In this document: positions 28,101 to 39,532 of the stretch, one piece after another
Layout: each line of letters begins with the position of its first letter
Position numbering within the stretch: the first letter of the stretch is position 1
DNA from: the human T2T-CHM13v2.0 reference genome, Homo sapiens
Assembly (NCBI RefSeq): GCF_009914755.1
Contig: NC_060929.1
Strand: one strand, 5' to 3'
Length of the DNA stretch: 64,000 nt
Translations under genes and position numbers: made by a program
Notes under the pieces: generated by a model
The model's database searches: none
Seen by the model: the letters and a program-made list of their open reading frames with translations, nothing else
Told to the model about the DNA's origin: nothing

Positions 28101-29729
28101 GTTATTTGAAGAAAAGAAGACATTCTGGCTCTTTAAGTTGTCAGGGTTCCTTTGCTGATTCTTTTTCATCTTTGTGGGCTTATCTACCTTCAATCTTTGA
28201 GAGGGTCAACCTTTGGATTATTTTTCTTTTTTTTCTATTAGATGAAGTTTGGATTATTTTTCTTTTTTTTCTATTAGATGAATTTGAGGGTTTGATTCTC
28301 GTATAAGGTTGATTCAGCCAGCTGGACTTATTTCTGGAAGATTTTAGGGGGCCAATGCACAGCCCCCAACTCCTAGACTATATGTTTTAATTCTGGAAGA
28401 TTTGTACTGGGTCCCAACTTTGTTCTCTGGTTTCTTAATGATAGGAATCCACTTCACTGGGGAAGGGGCCAAGGAGGTGCTCCCAGACTGCTGGTCACTG
28501 CACTCCAATGGGTGGTGTCAGCCAAGTGTTTCATAGTGCAGTGACAGTGGATCTAGTCTCATAGTAGCAGCTGTGGCAGAGTCCTAGTAGGTGCTGGACT
28601 GCCTGACTCCCTGTCAGTATTCACCACAATGGCAGAGGCAATGCAGCTGGAATAAGGGGTGAGGGGCTCCTTCTGGTGATTATGTGCATGGTTGTACTGG
28701 AGGTGGTGTTGGCTTGGAGGCAGGGTGCTTGTGGGCACAGTTCTAGATGGCTTCTCTGTGCCCAGCAAGCAAGAGTGGTCACTCAGGGTGAGGTAGGATC
28801 CCCTGTTCTCTGTGCAATGTTAACACAGAGTATGGTGCTGGTGGTGGCAGAGATGGCTGGCTCTGCTCACCAAGGCTTCACCTGCAATGGAATTTGGAGC
28901 GGGGAGCAGGGATGGAGCACAGACATACATATATACCACACAGACATACAGACAGCAAAGCAATGTGGGGAGTTGCTGTGGGCCAAGGGGAAGCTACAGC
29001 ATAAGGAGGGAGCATGAAGGCTGGTACATGGTCACAGGAGCCAACCTGCAGGAGCTCTGCAAGTCAGGCATGTTTTATGAAGCAGAAGCTATGGTGTGGG
29101 CCCCGAGAGCACTCAAGACTGCCCTTCAAGCAAGCATGTCCAGGCTAGATCCCCAGGAGAGACCAGCAGACCAACAGGTGGTCAGGTCAGACCAGCCATG
29201 TCTGATGGGCAAGACTACCCTACAGAGTTCAGGTCCAACAGTTCCTTTAGGGCTAAAGGCTATGGGAACAAGTCAATGCTAGGGGGACGGCCCTTTCTGG
29301 CCATGGTCTGCTATGGCCATGCTCCTGCACCAAACCCTCTGGGCTCTACATCAGCTGCCTTGCTGCCCCTACCACTTCTCTAGGCTGCTCTCCCTGCTAA
29401 TTTAAGTGTCCATGGTGGTTGAGGGGTCTCCTCATGCCGGGGTCCCAGAGGCCCATGGCAACAGTGGGTTGCTCCTTGCCAGTTTAACTCAATTATTCCT
29501 CCAGAGCCATTGGGGGCCAGAAATAAGTCCCAGTACTTGGTAGCCCCATGCAGCATTCCCAGCTTTCTCCCCCTTCAGCCCAGCTTTTGTGTCTTCCCTT
29601 TATCCACTCTTGGTGCCTTCCCTCTGAAGATCTGTTAGGAGCACGCCAGTTCTTATGGTCCCTTGATGGGAGCTGTTTCACCTGGCTGCTCTAATCGGCC
29701 ACCTTGTCCTCCTCCAAAAGTTATTTTCT

Positions 29730-30030
29730 AAATGCCCCCATGTGGCATGATTAACTTAAAATTTCAGCTCAAATATAACTTCTCAACAAAGTCTTCTGTA
29801 GTTTCCACTCTAAATCAGCACTTCTGATTTTACACATTCATAGTAAGTATGTTTTATTACATTTTACATATTTTTTCTTTTTGTTACAGAATATTGTTTT
29901 TATTTTAGTACCTACTGGTTTGCTCTTTAGACTTCATCCAGTTTTTACAGTAGAGCTATTTTTGGATTCCCTCACTATAATGGCATTAAATACGTTTCAG
30001 TTGAATGAAATAATGAATGAAAGAATGAAT
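29730..30030 (+). mobile_element. L2 fragment (right half)
   Basis: TTTCAGCTCAAATATAACTTCTCAACAAAGTCTTC...GTTGAATGAAATAATGAATGAAAGAATGAAT. Confidence 0.65.
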
Positions 30031-30644
30031 ATGAGATCCTTGAAGGCTTTGATGAGCTTTTCTTTTACTTTGCCCCCACAAATGCCTAAAATATTGTCAT
30101 CCATAACAAAGGGTCTTGATAAGTGTTATATAAATAAAATAAATCCAATCGGTGACCTAAAAAACTATGGGACACAGGTTTTATGCATGTTCTAGAACAA
30201 CAAAAACTATGTAACATAGAACATTAGTTCCATGGAACATAATAAAATAGGTGTTAAATGTTTAAAGAATGATCCACTGGAAATTCTGCTTCATCGTAGC
30301 ATGTATTTTGCATAGAATTCACCTTTTCAGTTAAAAACTACAAATTCTGAACAAGTTGTCTCTAAAAAGCAATAATTTAAAGGCCCTAAGAGTGATTAAA
30401 CACAGACAAAGTTAAATAAATTCAACTCTTAAAAGATCAAAACCAAAGTCAGTTCCATGTTTATGCATCTATCCCATGCAGGGCACTTTCCATCAAAACA
30501 CCTGAAACTCAAGCAAAATGATGCAGTCTTTCTGAATTAAATTGTGAGAGAAAAACTTCAGAACTTTCAGAGAGGCTTGAAAATGAGGAGGGAAATCCTG
30601 AAAAAGAGAATGGCACAGAGTGGGGAGCCCCAAAAATCTACATA

Positions 30645-30725
30645 TTGGGTTGGTGCAAAATTAAATGCAGTTTTTTGTTATTACTTTTAATGGCAAAAAC
30701 CACAATTAGTTTTTCACCAACCTAA
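30645..30725. mobile_element. MADE1 (Hsmar1-derived MITE)
   Basis: About 80-bp palindrome TTGGGTTGGTGCAAAA...TTTTTCACCAACCTAA preceded by TA. Confidence 0.92.
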
Positions 30726-31974
30726 AACAAACTTTAATTCTCAGCTGATGTCTGTATTGTGCATGTGTGGATGACATTATATGAAGTTCAGTGGAAATCA
30801 ACAGCCAAAAACTTGAAAAAGTTTAGAAGGTATTTTAGCTGCTACTCACCGTAGAGGAGAACAAATTGGGTCCCAACAACGTAAAGAGCCTTGGTATTTG
30901 AAACGTCAGAGTCTTCCACTGAAACTCAAAAACAGCCATACCTCAGAAGTAAATGCTATGATCCAGAACTGAGAGATTTTTCTGCGAACAAAACAAGACA
31001 TTCTTATAAAAGTAAGATAAGAATACCACAAGTTCAAGATAATCAACCTTCTATAACAAAAATAATTCTACAGAGGAGCATTACAGAACATATTATCTCT
31101 GTAAAGTATCATCTACTGTGTTCATTAAAATTATAAGACACATATTTAAAACCCAGAAAACTGGGATGCATAGTCAAGAGGAAAAAAAATCTATTGAAAT
31201 AGACCCTGGGATTACTTAGTTTTTTTTTTTTTTAATTTAGCAGAAAAAATGACAAAATACATTGAATAACTTTAAAGTGGGGGGTAGTCATAATTAAAAC
31301 AAAAGGATGAATGGGAAATCTCAGAAGAGAAATTGAGACCCTTAAAATATAGAAATTCTAACACTTAAAAACTATACCAGAAACTTAAAAGTCACTGGAT
31401 GAATTATTAACAAATGAGACACAGCACAGAAAGAATTAGTTAACTTGAAGACAGAGCAATAAAAAGTATACAAGCTAAAGAACAGATAGAAAAAGACTGA
31501 AAAAAGATTAACACATCTTCAGTAACCTGTGTGAATAATGTTAAGCAGTCTAGCATACATAAAATTGAAGTTCCAAAAAAATAAAAGTGATAATAGAACA
31601 AAAATAGTTAATCAATTAATAGACCAAATGTTTCAAAATTTGTTGGAAAAATATTAATTTTGAGATTCAAAAATCTCAGCAAATGAAACATTTTATAGTA
31701 AAATTTCTGAAAAAGATAATAAGAAAATCTTGACAGAAGCCAGAGAATAATACATTATATACAAGATAATAATAAAAATGGCAGATAACTTTTTGTCAAA
31801 AACAATAGAGTCAAGAAGGCAATAAAATGGTCTTTCAAGTAAAAGTGTGAATATTAAATATCCATCCAGCATTTTTTCTAGCAAAAATAAAATGAAAGAT
31901 AAGACAAAGATATTTTCTAGTACACAAAACCAGAGAACTAATTACCAGCAGACCCATACTACAAAAAATGCTGT

Positions 31975-32160
31975 CTCTTAAGGATCTCTTATGAGGCTGG
32001 TCTAGTGGCAACACATTCCCTTAGCATTTACTTGTCTGGAAAATATTTCATTTTTCCTTCAAACCTCAGCATCACACAATATATCCATGTAACAAACTTG
32101 TACATGTACCTCCAGAATCTAAAATAAAAATTTGAAATTTTAAAAATAAAATAATATAAA
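31975..32160. mobile_element. Short 5'-inverted L1 (inverted ORF1 piece 31975-32061 plus sense 3' terminus 32060-32160)
   Basis: Antisense ORF1 end (CCCTTAGCATTTACTTGTCTGGAAAATATTT) fused to CAAACCTCAGCATCACACAATATATCCATGTAACAAAC...AATCTAAAATAAAA. Confidence 0.75.
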
Positions 32161-32442
32161 AAATGAAATAGTGTAAACTTTACCAAAATATATAACAATG
32201 ATCTATATTAAAACCTCTGAAACACTACTGAGAGAATTTTAAAATACCTAAATAAATGGAGAGGTGTACTATATTCATAGATTGAAAGACTCAACATTGT
32301 TAAGATATCATTTCCTCCAGATTGATCTGTAGACTCAATGCAATTTCAATCAACTTCCCAATAAATTTTTTAAAAATAAAAAATTTACACTGATTCTAAA
32401 ACATGTGGGAAAAAAAAGCAAACCCAAAATCTAGCACAGAAA

Positions 32443-32672
32443 TACACACACACATCCATATACATGTGTGTATATATATCTTACACTCAAATATATATAT
32501 ACTCAAATAACTATATATGCATTCATATATACATATATACACACATACGTACATATATACACACATATATGTACGGATATACAGCTATTTCATTTATACA
32601 CACACACACACATACACACGTCCATATATATATATACACACACACATATGTGGATGTGTGTGTGTGTGTGTA
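32443..32672. repeat. Compound (TA)/(CA)/(TG) microsatellite
   Basis: Read directly from the sequence. Confidence 0.9.
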
Positions 32673-33079
32673 CAAATGAGAAAGCTGAAATACATTACCT
32701 TTTCTAAGATCTAGTATAAAACTAGTAAACTAATAATCAAATAGATAAATATAATAAAATAGAGAAACCAGAAATAAACCCATATAAAAACTACAGTCAG
32801 ATGATTTTCATCAAAGAAGCCAATGCACTTCAATAGGGAAAAAATCTTTTTAACAAATGATGTGAAATAACTAAATGTCAGCATGCAAAAAAAAAAAAAC
32901 CTCAACTTTTAGCTCACACCATGCACAAAAATTAATTTTAGGTGGATTGTAGACCTACAAGTTAAAGTTAAGTGTAAAAATCTTCTAGAAGAAAATGTGA
33001 GAAAAATTAGAAATATCCTTTTGATCTTAGGGTAAGCAAACATTTCTTAAAGAGAAGACCCAAAGAGGACCACAGATTG

Positions 33080-33202
33080 GCACACACATGCACATACACA
33101 CACACATACACACACACATTTGAGTGTGTATATTTAACTATGTATGTGTGTATATATATATGTGTGTGTGTATATATGTATGTATGTGTGTGTATATATA
33201 TG
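33080..33202. repeat. Compound (CA)/(TG)/(TA) microsatellite
   Basis: Read directly from the sequence. Confidence 0.9.
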
Positions 33203-33835
33203 AGTATAGGATACATAATACATTTTTACAAATCATTAATAAAAGCACAAACAATTCAATTTAAAACTTTGAACACATTTCATAAAAGAAGGTATACTAA
33301 CGGCCAGTATGCACATGAGAAGATACTCAAGATCATTAACCTTTGAGTAAGTGAAAGTGAGAACCACAATGATGCACCATTTTAAACTCAAGAATAGATA
33401 AGCTTCACGAGACTGACAATACCAGATGTGAGTGAGAGTGTGGAAGAACTGGGCATTTCATACTTCGCTAAAGAGAGAATGTAAAATTGGTCATCCACTT
33501 ACCAACCTGTTTCACATAGGCATTTATCCAAGATTAATGACAGCATAAATCCATAAAAATCGTTTCACAATATATTCAAAATGACTTTATTCATGATATC
33601 CAAAACTGAAAACAATGCAAATGTTCATCAACAGGAGAATGGATACAAACTCTAATATATTCATACAATGGAATGTTTTTCTAGCAACATAAATGAATGA
33701 TATATAAATACATGCAACAATATATATGAATATTCAAAACATATATTGAATAAAAGAAAACAGAAATGAAAGGTTTCATACTGTATGATTCCATTTACAT
33801 AAAATATAAGAACAGGCAAAATAATCTGTGGTAAT

Positions 33836-34252
33836 CGTATTAGGCTGTTCTTGCATTACTATAATGAAATACGTGAGACTGGGTAATTTGTAAGAAAAGA
33901 GCCTTAATTGGCTCCCAGTTTTGCAGGCTGTATAGAAAGCATAGCTCCAGCATCAGCTTCTGGGCATGCCTCTAGAAGTTTACAATCATGGCGGAAGGTG
34001 AAGTAGGATTTTGCATGTCACATGGCAAAAGCAGGAGGCAGAGAAAGACAGGGAGGTGCCATACATTTTAAACAGCAGGCTCTCACGAGAAGTCACTCTG
34101 CCACGAGGAGAGCACCAACGGTATGGTTGTAAACCATTCATGAGAAATCCATCTTCATGATCCATTCACCTCCCACCAGGCCCCACCTCTAATACTGGTA
34201 ATGACATTTCAACATGAGATTTTGGGTGGGGACAAATACACAAACTATATCA
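33836..34252 (-). mobile_element. MST (MSTA/MSTB) solo LTR
   Basis: GTATTAGGCTGTTCTTGCATTACTATAA...GCAGGCTGTATAGAAAGCAT...AAACTATATCA. Confidence 0.9.
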
Positions 34253-34726
34253 TAATAGAAACCAGAACAGTAGTTTCTGATGACTGGAAGGTACAGTGTA
34301 AGAGTGAATTTTAGAGGGTCGATAGGAATGTGTTACATCTTGATTTGGGTGGTGATTACACAAGTGTATATATGTATCAAAACTTACTAAATTATACACT
34401 TATAGTCTGCGTGTTATACTGCATGTAAAATGTACTTCCATAAAAGTATTTAAAATTTTTTAAATGTATCTTTTATAAAAATTAGAATTGAAAATGCCAG
34501 ATCTTCCAAAGTTAAGCATGTTCCTTTCCCGAAGGACTTTTCAGTACCTTCAAAAAGACAAATAAACATGGTTAAGTGTCTGTGAAAAAAATCTAGTCTT
34601 TATCACTGCCCTGAGTTATTTGTCTATAAAATTTTTTGTCCTTCCATAGCATTTTGAAGTACAAATAGTCTGCAGAAAATGCCTTTGGAAGTGCCGCTCA
34701 GATGGTGTCTTCCATCAGAAGCGATA

Positions 34727-34740
34727 GTTGCCTGGGCAAC
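34727..34740. promoter_or_regulatory. Candidate RFX X-box
   Basis: GTTGCC-TG-GGCAAC, perfect inverted half-sites matching the X-box GTTRCC-N0-3-RGYAAC, in non-repeat sequence. Confidence 0.55.
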
Positions 34741-35159
34741 ACTGTGTGGAGGAAAAATGCAAACTGACCACTCTGTCTGATAGGATCTAGTTTGGAAACC
34801 AATTTAACTTCAGTAATGAGAAATCCTAACCATCAAATTTTTGCAACTCATACATTTTTCACTACTGTAACACATGGTAGTAAATAATGTAGGACTGTTT
34901 CCTCTTTTACCAAGAACTTTTGGCCTATAAGTACAGATAGCACCAGAGAATTATTGCATTTTGTATTTCCATTCATGGAAATTCAGCCAATTGTGATGTT
35001 CTTTAGAAGTGGACTTATTTATATTTAGATCATAAATGACATTGCATCCTTCAAGGCCCAACTCAAATGCCACCTTTATGAATTCTTCATAAAGCCTTTC
35101 CAGTACCTTAACAAACTGAAAACATATTTTCTTTCACTGAACACCTCTGTTTTGTGTTC

Positions 35160-35914
35160 TCATAGGGTTTGGCTCTATGTCCCCACCCAGATCTCGTCTT
35201 GATTTGTAATCCCCATAATCCCTATGTGTCAAGGGAGGGACAACGTGGGAGGTGATTGGATCATGGGGGCTGTATTAGTCTATTCCCGGGGTGCTATAAA
35301 GACATACCCAAGACTAGGTAATTTATAAAGGAAAGAGGTTTAATTGACTAACAGTTCAGCATGGCTGGGGAGTCCTCAGGAAACTTACAATCATGGCAGA
35401 AAGGGAAGCAAACACGTTCTTCTTCACGTGGTGGCAGCAAGGATAAGTGCAGAGTGAAGGGGGAAAATAACCCTTATAAAACTATCAGATCTCATGAGAA
35501 CTCACCCACTCTCATGAGAACAGCATGGAGGTGGAGGTAACCACCCCCATGATTCAATTACCTTCCACCAGGTCCCTCCCATGACACAGGTGGATTATGA
35601 GAACCACAGTTCAAGATGAGATACGGATGAAGACACAGCCAAATCATATCAGGGGCAGTTTCTCCCATGCTGTTCTCAGGATAATGAGTGAGGTCTCATG
35701 AGATCTGATGGTTTCATAGGCAGTTTTCCCTGCTCCTGCCTGATCTCTCTTGCCTGCCATTATGTAAGACATGCCCCTTCCCCTTCCATCATGATTGTAA
35801 GTTTCCTGAGGCCTCCCCAGCCATGCAGAACTGTGAGTCAATCAAACCTCTTCACTTTATAAATTAACCAGTCTCAGGTATGTCTTTATAGCAGTGTGAA
35901 AACAGACTAATACA
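35160..35914 (+). mobile_element. THE1D/MSTA-type solo LTR, interrupted
   Basis: GGTTTGGCTCTATGTCCCCACCC... (35160-35270) continues at 35657 to ...AACAGACTAATACA. Confidence 0.9.
35271..35651 (-). mobile_element. THE1C/D solo LTR nested antiparallel in another MaLR LTR
   Basis: TGTATTAGTC...CATATCA with perfect TSD GGGGC at 35266-35270 and 35652-35656. Confidence 0.93.
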
Positions 35915-36912
35915 TGGCCCTTATTATTTTCTGTCTTTTGTTGGCATTATTTGTATTGTTTACATATCCTACCACAGGACAGAAATTATAGCTTAATAAT
36001 ATCTCTCTTACACAAATATCTCATAGAATAAATTCTTAACACTTGTTGAAATAATAAATGAGCACTTGATATGGTCATTTTTATAGAGGAGCTTCAACCT
36101 CTGGAATCATAATGTTGCATTTCAAGAAATTACTTGTTCTACATCACTTTATAACATTAATTCTCCTGGGAGCAGCCCAAATAAAATTGAATGGCTGGTT
36201 ATTTTCCTTACTGAACTCAACAAGCCACTTTATCCTAAGTGATAAGCCCTCTTCTGTTTCTAAAGATCAGTGACATAGCTTTATTATGTATGATTTTCCA
36301 AAAAGGTTCATTTTACATAAATTAATAGTAGTCAATAAATCAATAGATATTTACATAGCATTCATTTTGCAAATAACACTCGGGTAATGTGCATGACCAG
36401 GTATACTTACTAAATGGTTCAATTTGTGATACCATCAAACCTGAACAAATATAACTTGAATATTGCTCTTAGATATGTCAAAAAGCCTTTTATTTTTTTA
36501 AATAGGAATGTAGATGCATGGTTATGTTGGGCTAGTGAAATTACATATGCATAGTAGGGTATTCAAGGAGAAAAATGTGGTTTTCAGCTAAAGTGAGAAT
36601 ATAATAATGGAAGGGATGACCTCTTCCATTTAACAGATGTGAGAAGTATGCCAGAAGAAGTGAGGGTAATGTGGGCAATGTCATTACATTAGTTAAGAAA
36701 AGAGCCTCATCTAGAACTTATATCTTTGACACTTGACCCAGGGATGTTAGAACTTGTTCACATTCTGTTTCCTTATAAAGAATTTATACTTACCATCAAT
36801 TAACCAGTAAAATGTCTACGCACTTAAAAACTGAAGTTGTTTTACTTATGATTGTACTTTTTTGACCATACATGGCTTCTAATCACCTGGACATTGGTTT
36901 AAAGACAAACTA

Positions 36913-37265
<353 letters not shown>

Positions 37266-37699
37266 TTAAAGAGGCTTATCATTAATACACAGATAAAACA
37301 GAATTCCAAACAGTTAGTAAAAATCAGAAAAGAACATTCAAGAGATAAAGGATGAGGATGGTAGAAACATTACAAGAACCTATCACTTAGCAGTAATTAC
37401 CAGTAAAGTAGGGAATTGAGTGTTTGAAAAATGGGGTAAAAATAAGATCTCTCATGTTTCTTTTCTACCTTGAATTCTGTATGCTAGTATTATCTATTTA
37501 AAACATAAAAGTCAAAATTAATTAGCATTTTAAGTATTTTTAAATGAATAAATGTGTAACTTGTCCCTGAAAATCTACAATAATTAACTGCATCTTGGTC
37601 TGGACTAGGTAGCAAGTGAAAACATGGAAACACTGTATCTAACACAACTAACAAGTATCTAGGCATTTGATAATGATATTTCTTTGTCCATTAATGCTT

Positions 37700-38335
37700 T
37701 TCTTTTTCCCACTCCCATCAATTGGGCCCACTTTACAAACCCTAGTTTAATCCTCACCACATTCATGTCTTTGATGATTCCTCCAGTTCTCATGAAAACT
37801 TATTTCTCTAAATTCCAACAGACCTTGAAGTGTGCACCATACACAATTGGCTCCTTCCTACACTCAAACATCATTCCTTTTTCTTTATTCTCCTTTAAGC
37901 ACATTGGCTTTTTTCTGTTTTACAAATGAGCTTGGCTCATTTCCATCTCAGGGATTGGTCCTTAATTTTCCCTCGGTGTTAAATCTGTCTTTCCACATCT
38001 CCACGTGGCTGGCTCCTTCTTGACTCAGGGCAAAGCTCAAATATTACCACTTTGGCAAGACTATCTGGACCACCCAATTTAAAGTAACATTTCTCCCATC
38101 ATTCTCCATCATGATTTTTCCATCAATATCATATTTCCCTGTTTTATTTTCCTTTTAGGACTTACTACCTGAAATTATCTTTATAACATCTGCATGTACT
38201 TATTTATTTTGTTTTTTTCTACCATAAGCATGATGTACCATAAGCACAATGTATCTTACTCACCACTGTAGTGCTAGCTACTAATATTGTGACCAGCACA
38301 TAATAGATGCTTGATAAATATTTACCAAATGAATA
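37700..38335 (+). mobile_element. L2a 3' region
   Basis: CCATCTCAGGG...CTCCACGTGGCTGGCTCCTTC...GCTCAAATATTACC...GCTTGATAAATATTTACCAAATGAAT. Confidence 0.75.
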
Positions 38336-39209
38336 TCCTGAATTACATTCTGCCTTGTACTACTTGCTGATTATTTCATTCCTTATCTCTCAAACTAAAT
38401 TGCAACTTTCCTATGGCTAAGAACCATGCTACATATTCTGTCTGCCTCCCCTACTGCTTGTAGCAAAGATCTAGGCAGATCTGCACTCAAAAATGACTGA
38501 TTGATTGATTCAGATTATGGCTGTTACACAAGATAGTAGATGGAAGAGAAATACAAACAGATGATCTTAGAGGGGCTTGTGAATGCTGTAATGTAACAGC
38601 CTTCACAAGTCTAGAATTGGTAATGAGGCAACTCATCACCTGACACAGAGGCAGTAAACACCTTTCCTCTGCAGTACCCACCAAAGCCCAAATGTCAATA
38701 CCAGTTAATATCTGAGGTTGCATAGTTCTCCAGAGAGTTTTTACTAAAGGGATAAAGTAATGCATTAAAATGTAAATTTTGCTATTCTGGCTGCTTTGCA
38801 TTTAGGGAACATCTTTCTTCCAAGGAGCTCAAATAAGTGGTAACAACTCTATTTAACATAAAATACAGTATACATCTCACACAGTCCAAATGAATTGAAA
38901 TTAAAACTCGTGGGAGTTGTTCTAAAAATCTCTCTTGGCAGCATGGCATACAAATTTGGAAGGAAAAAAAGAGAATACAGTTATTGGAAATGAAAGTTAG
39001 GTTGCTCACTTTGTCTCTGAAATTTAAATTCTCAGTAGTCCAGAGGAGAGGCTAAGGTGGTATACGAACAATACCTTCATTTCTGCCACAGGGGTTCACA
39101 CTTACTCTACTGAGAAAGATAAAAATTTATATCAGACCAAAGTGAAAAATACTTTCTTAAAATTACCCAAGTAAACAATGCTAGTAATTGTGTGGGAAGA
39201 AGTTATATA

Positions 39210-39530
39210 GTTTATTCAAATATTCAACAAACATTTACTGAGCACCTACTATGTAAATGCCAGGCTATAACCATGAAATCTTGAAACAAATCTGCCTTCA
39301 CAGTTTGATTAGGAAGATAGCTGCATAAAAAATTATCTGCAATACAATAAACAGAATTCTGATGGAGGTAAGGACAGTGGAAGTACATAGGAAAGACACC
39401 TAATCCTGTTCTAGAAGATCAGAAAAGTCTCTTCAAGGATATAATATCTCAGTTGAAGCATGAAGGATTAGAAGAACTCTGCCAGATTAATAGAAGTTTC
39501 AGACCCAAAGAACAAAATTTACATAGGCCT
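39210..39530 (-). mobile_element. L2 3' end
   Basis: ATTCAACAAACATTTACTGAGCACCTACTATG. Confidence 0.75.
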
Positions 39531-39532
39531 AG

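Larger units (their letters stand above)
17821..29715 (-). mobile_element. Outer L1 (L1PA13-like): 3' end 17821-18190; ORF2 5' half, ORF1 and 5'UTR at 25192-29715
   Basis: 3'UTR GTATTAAGCCTAGTACCCATTAGTTATTTTTCCTG; 5' terminus reads GGAGGAGGACAAGGTGGCCGATTAG on the minus strand; 14-bp TSD AAAAGTTATTTTCT at 17655-17668 and 29716-29729. Confidence 0.9.
30260..34470 (+). mobile_element. Ancient L1M (L1MC/ME class) remnant: ORF1, ORF2 3' part and 3'UTR, interrupted by younger elements
   Basis: AACTTGAAGACAGAGCAATA (ORF1); AAGACTCAACATTGTTAAGAT (ORF2); TACTGTATGATTCCATTTACAT (3'UTR). Confidence 0.8.
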
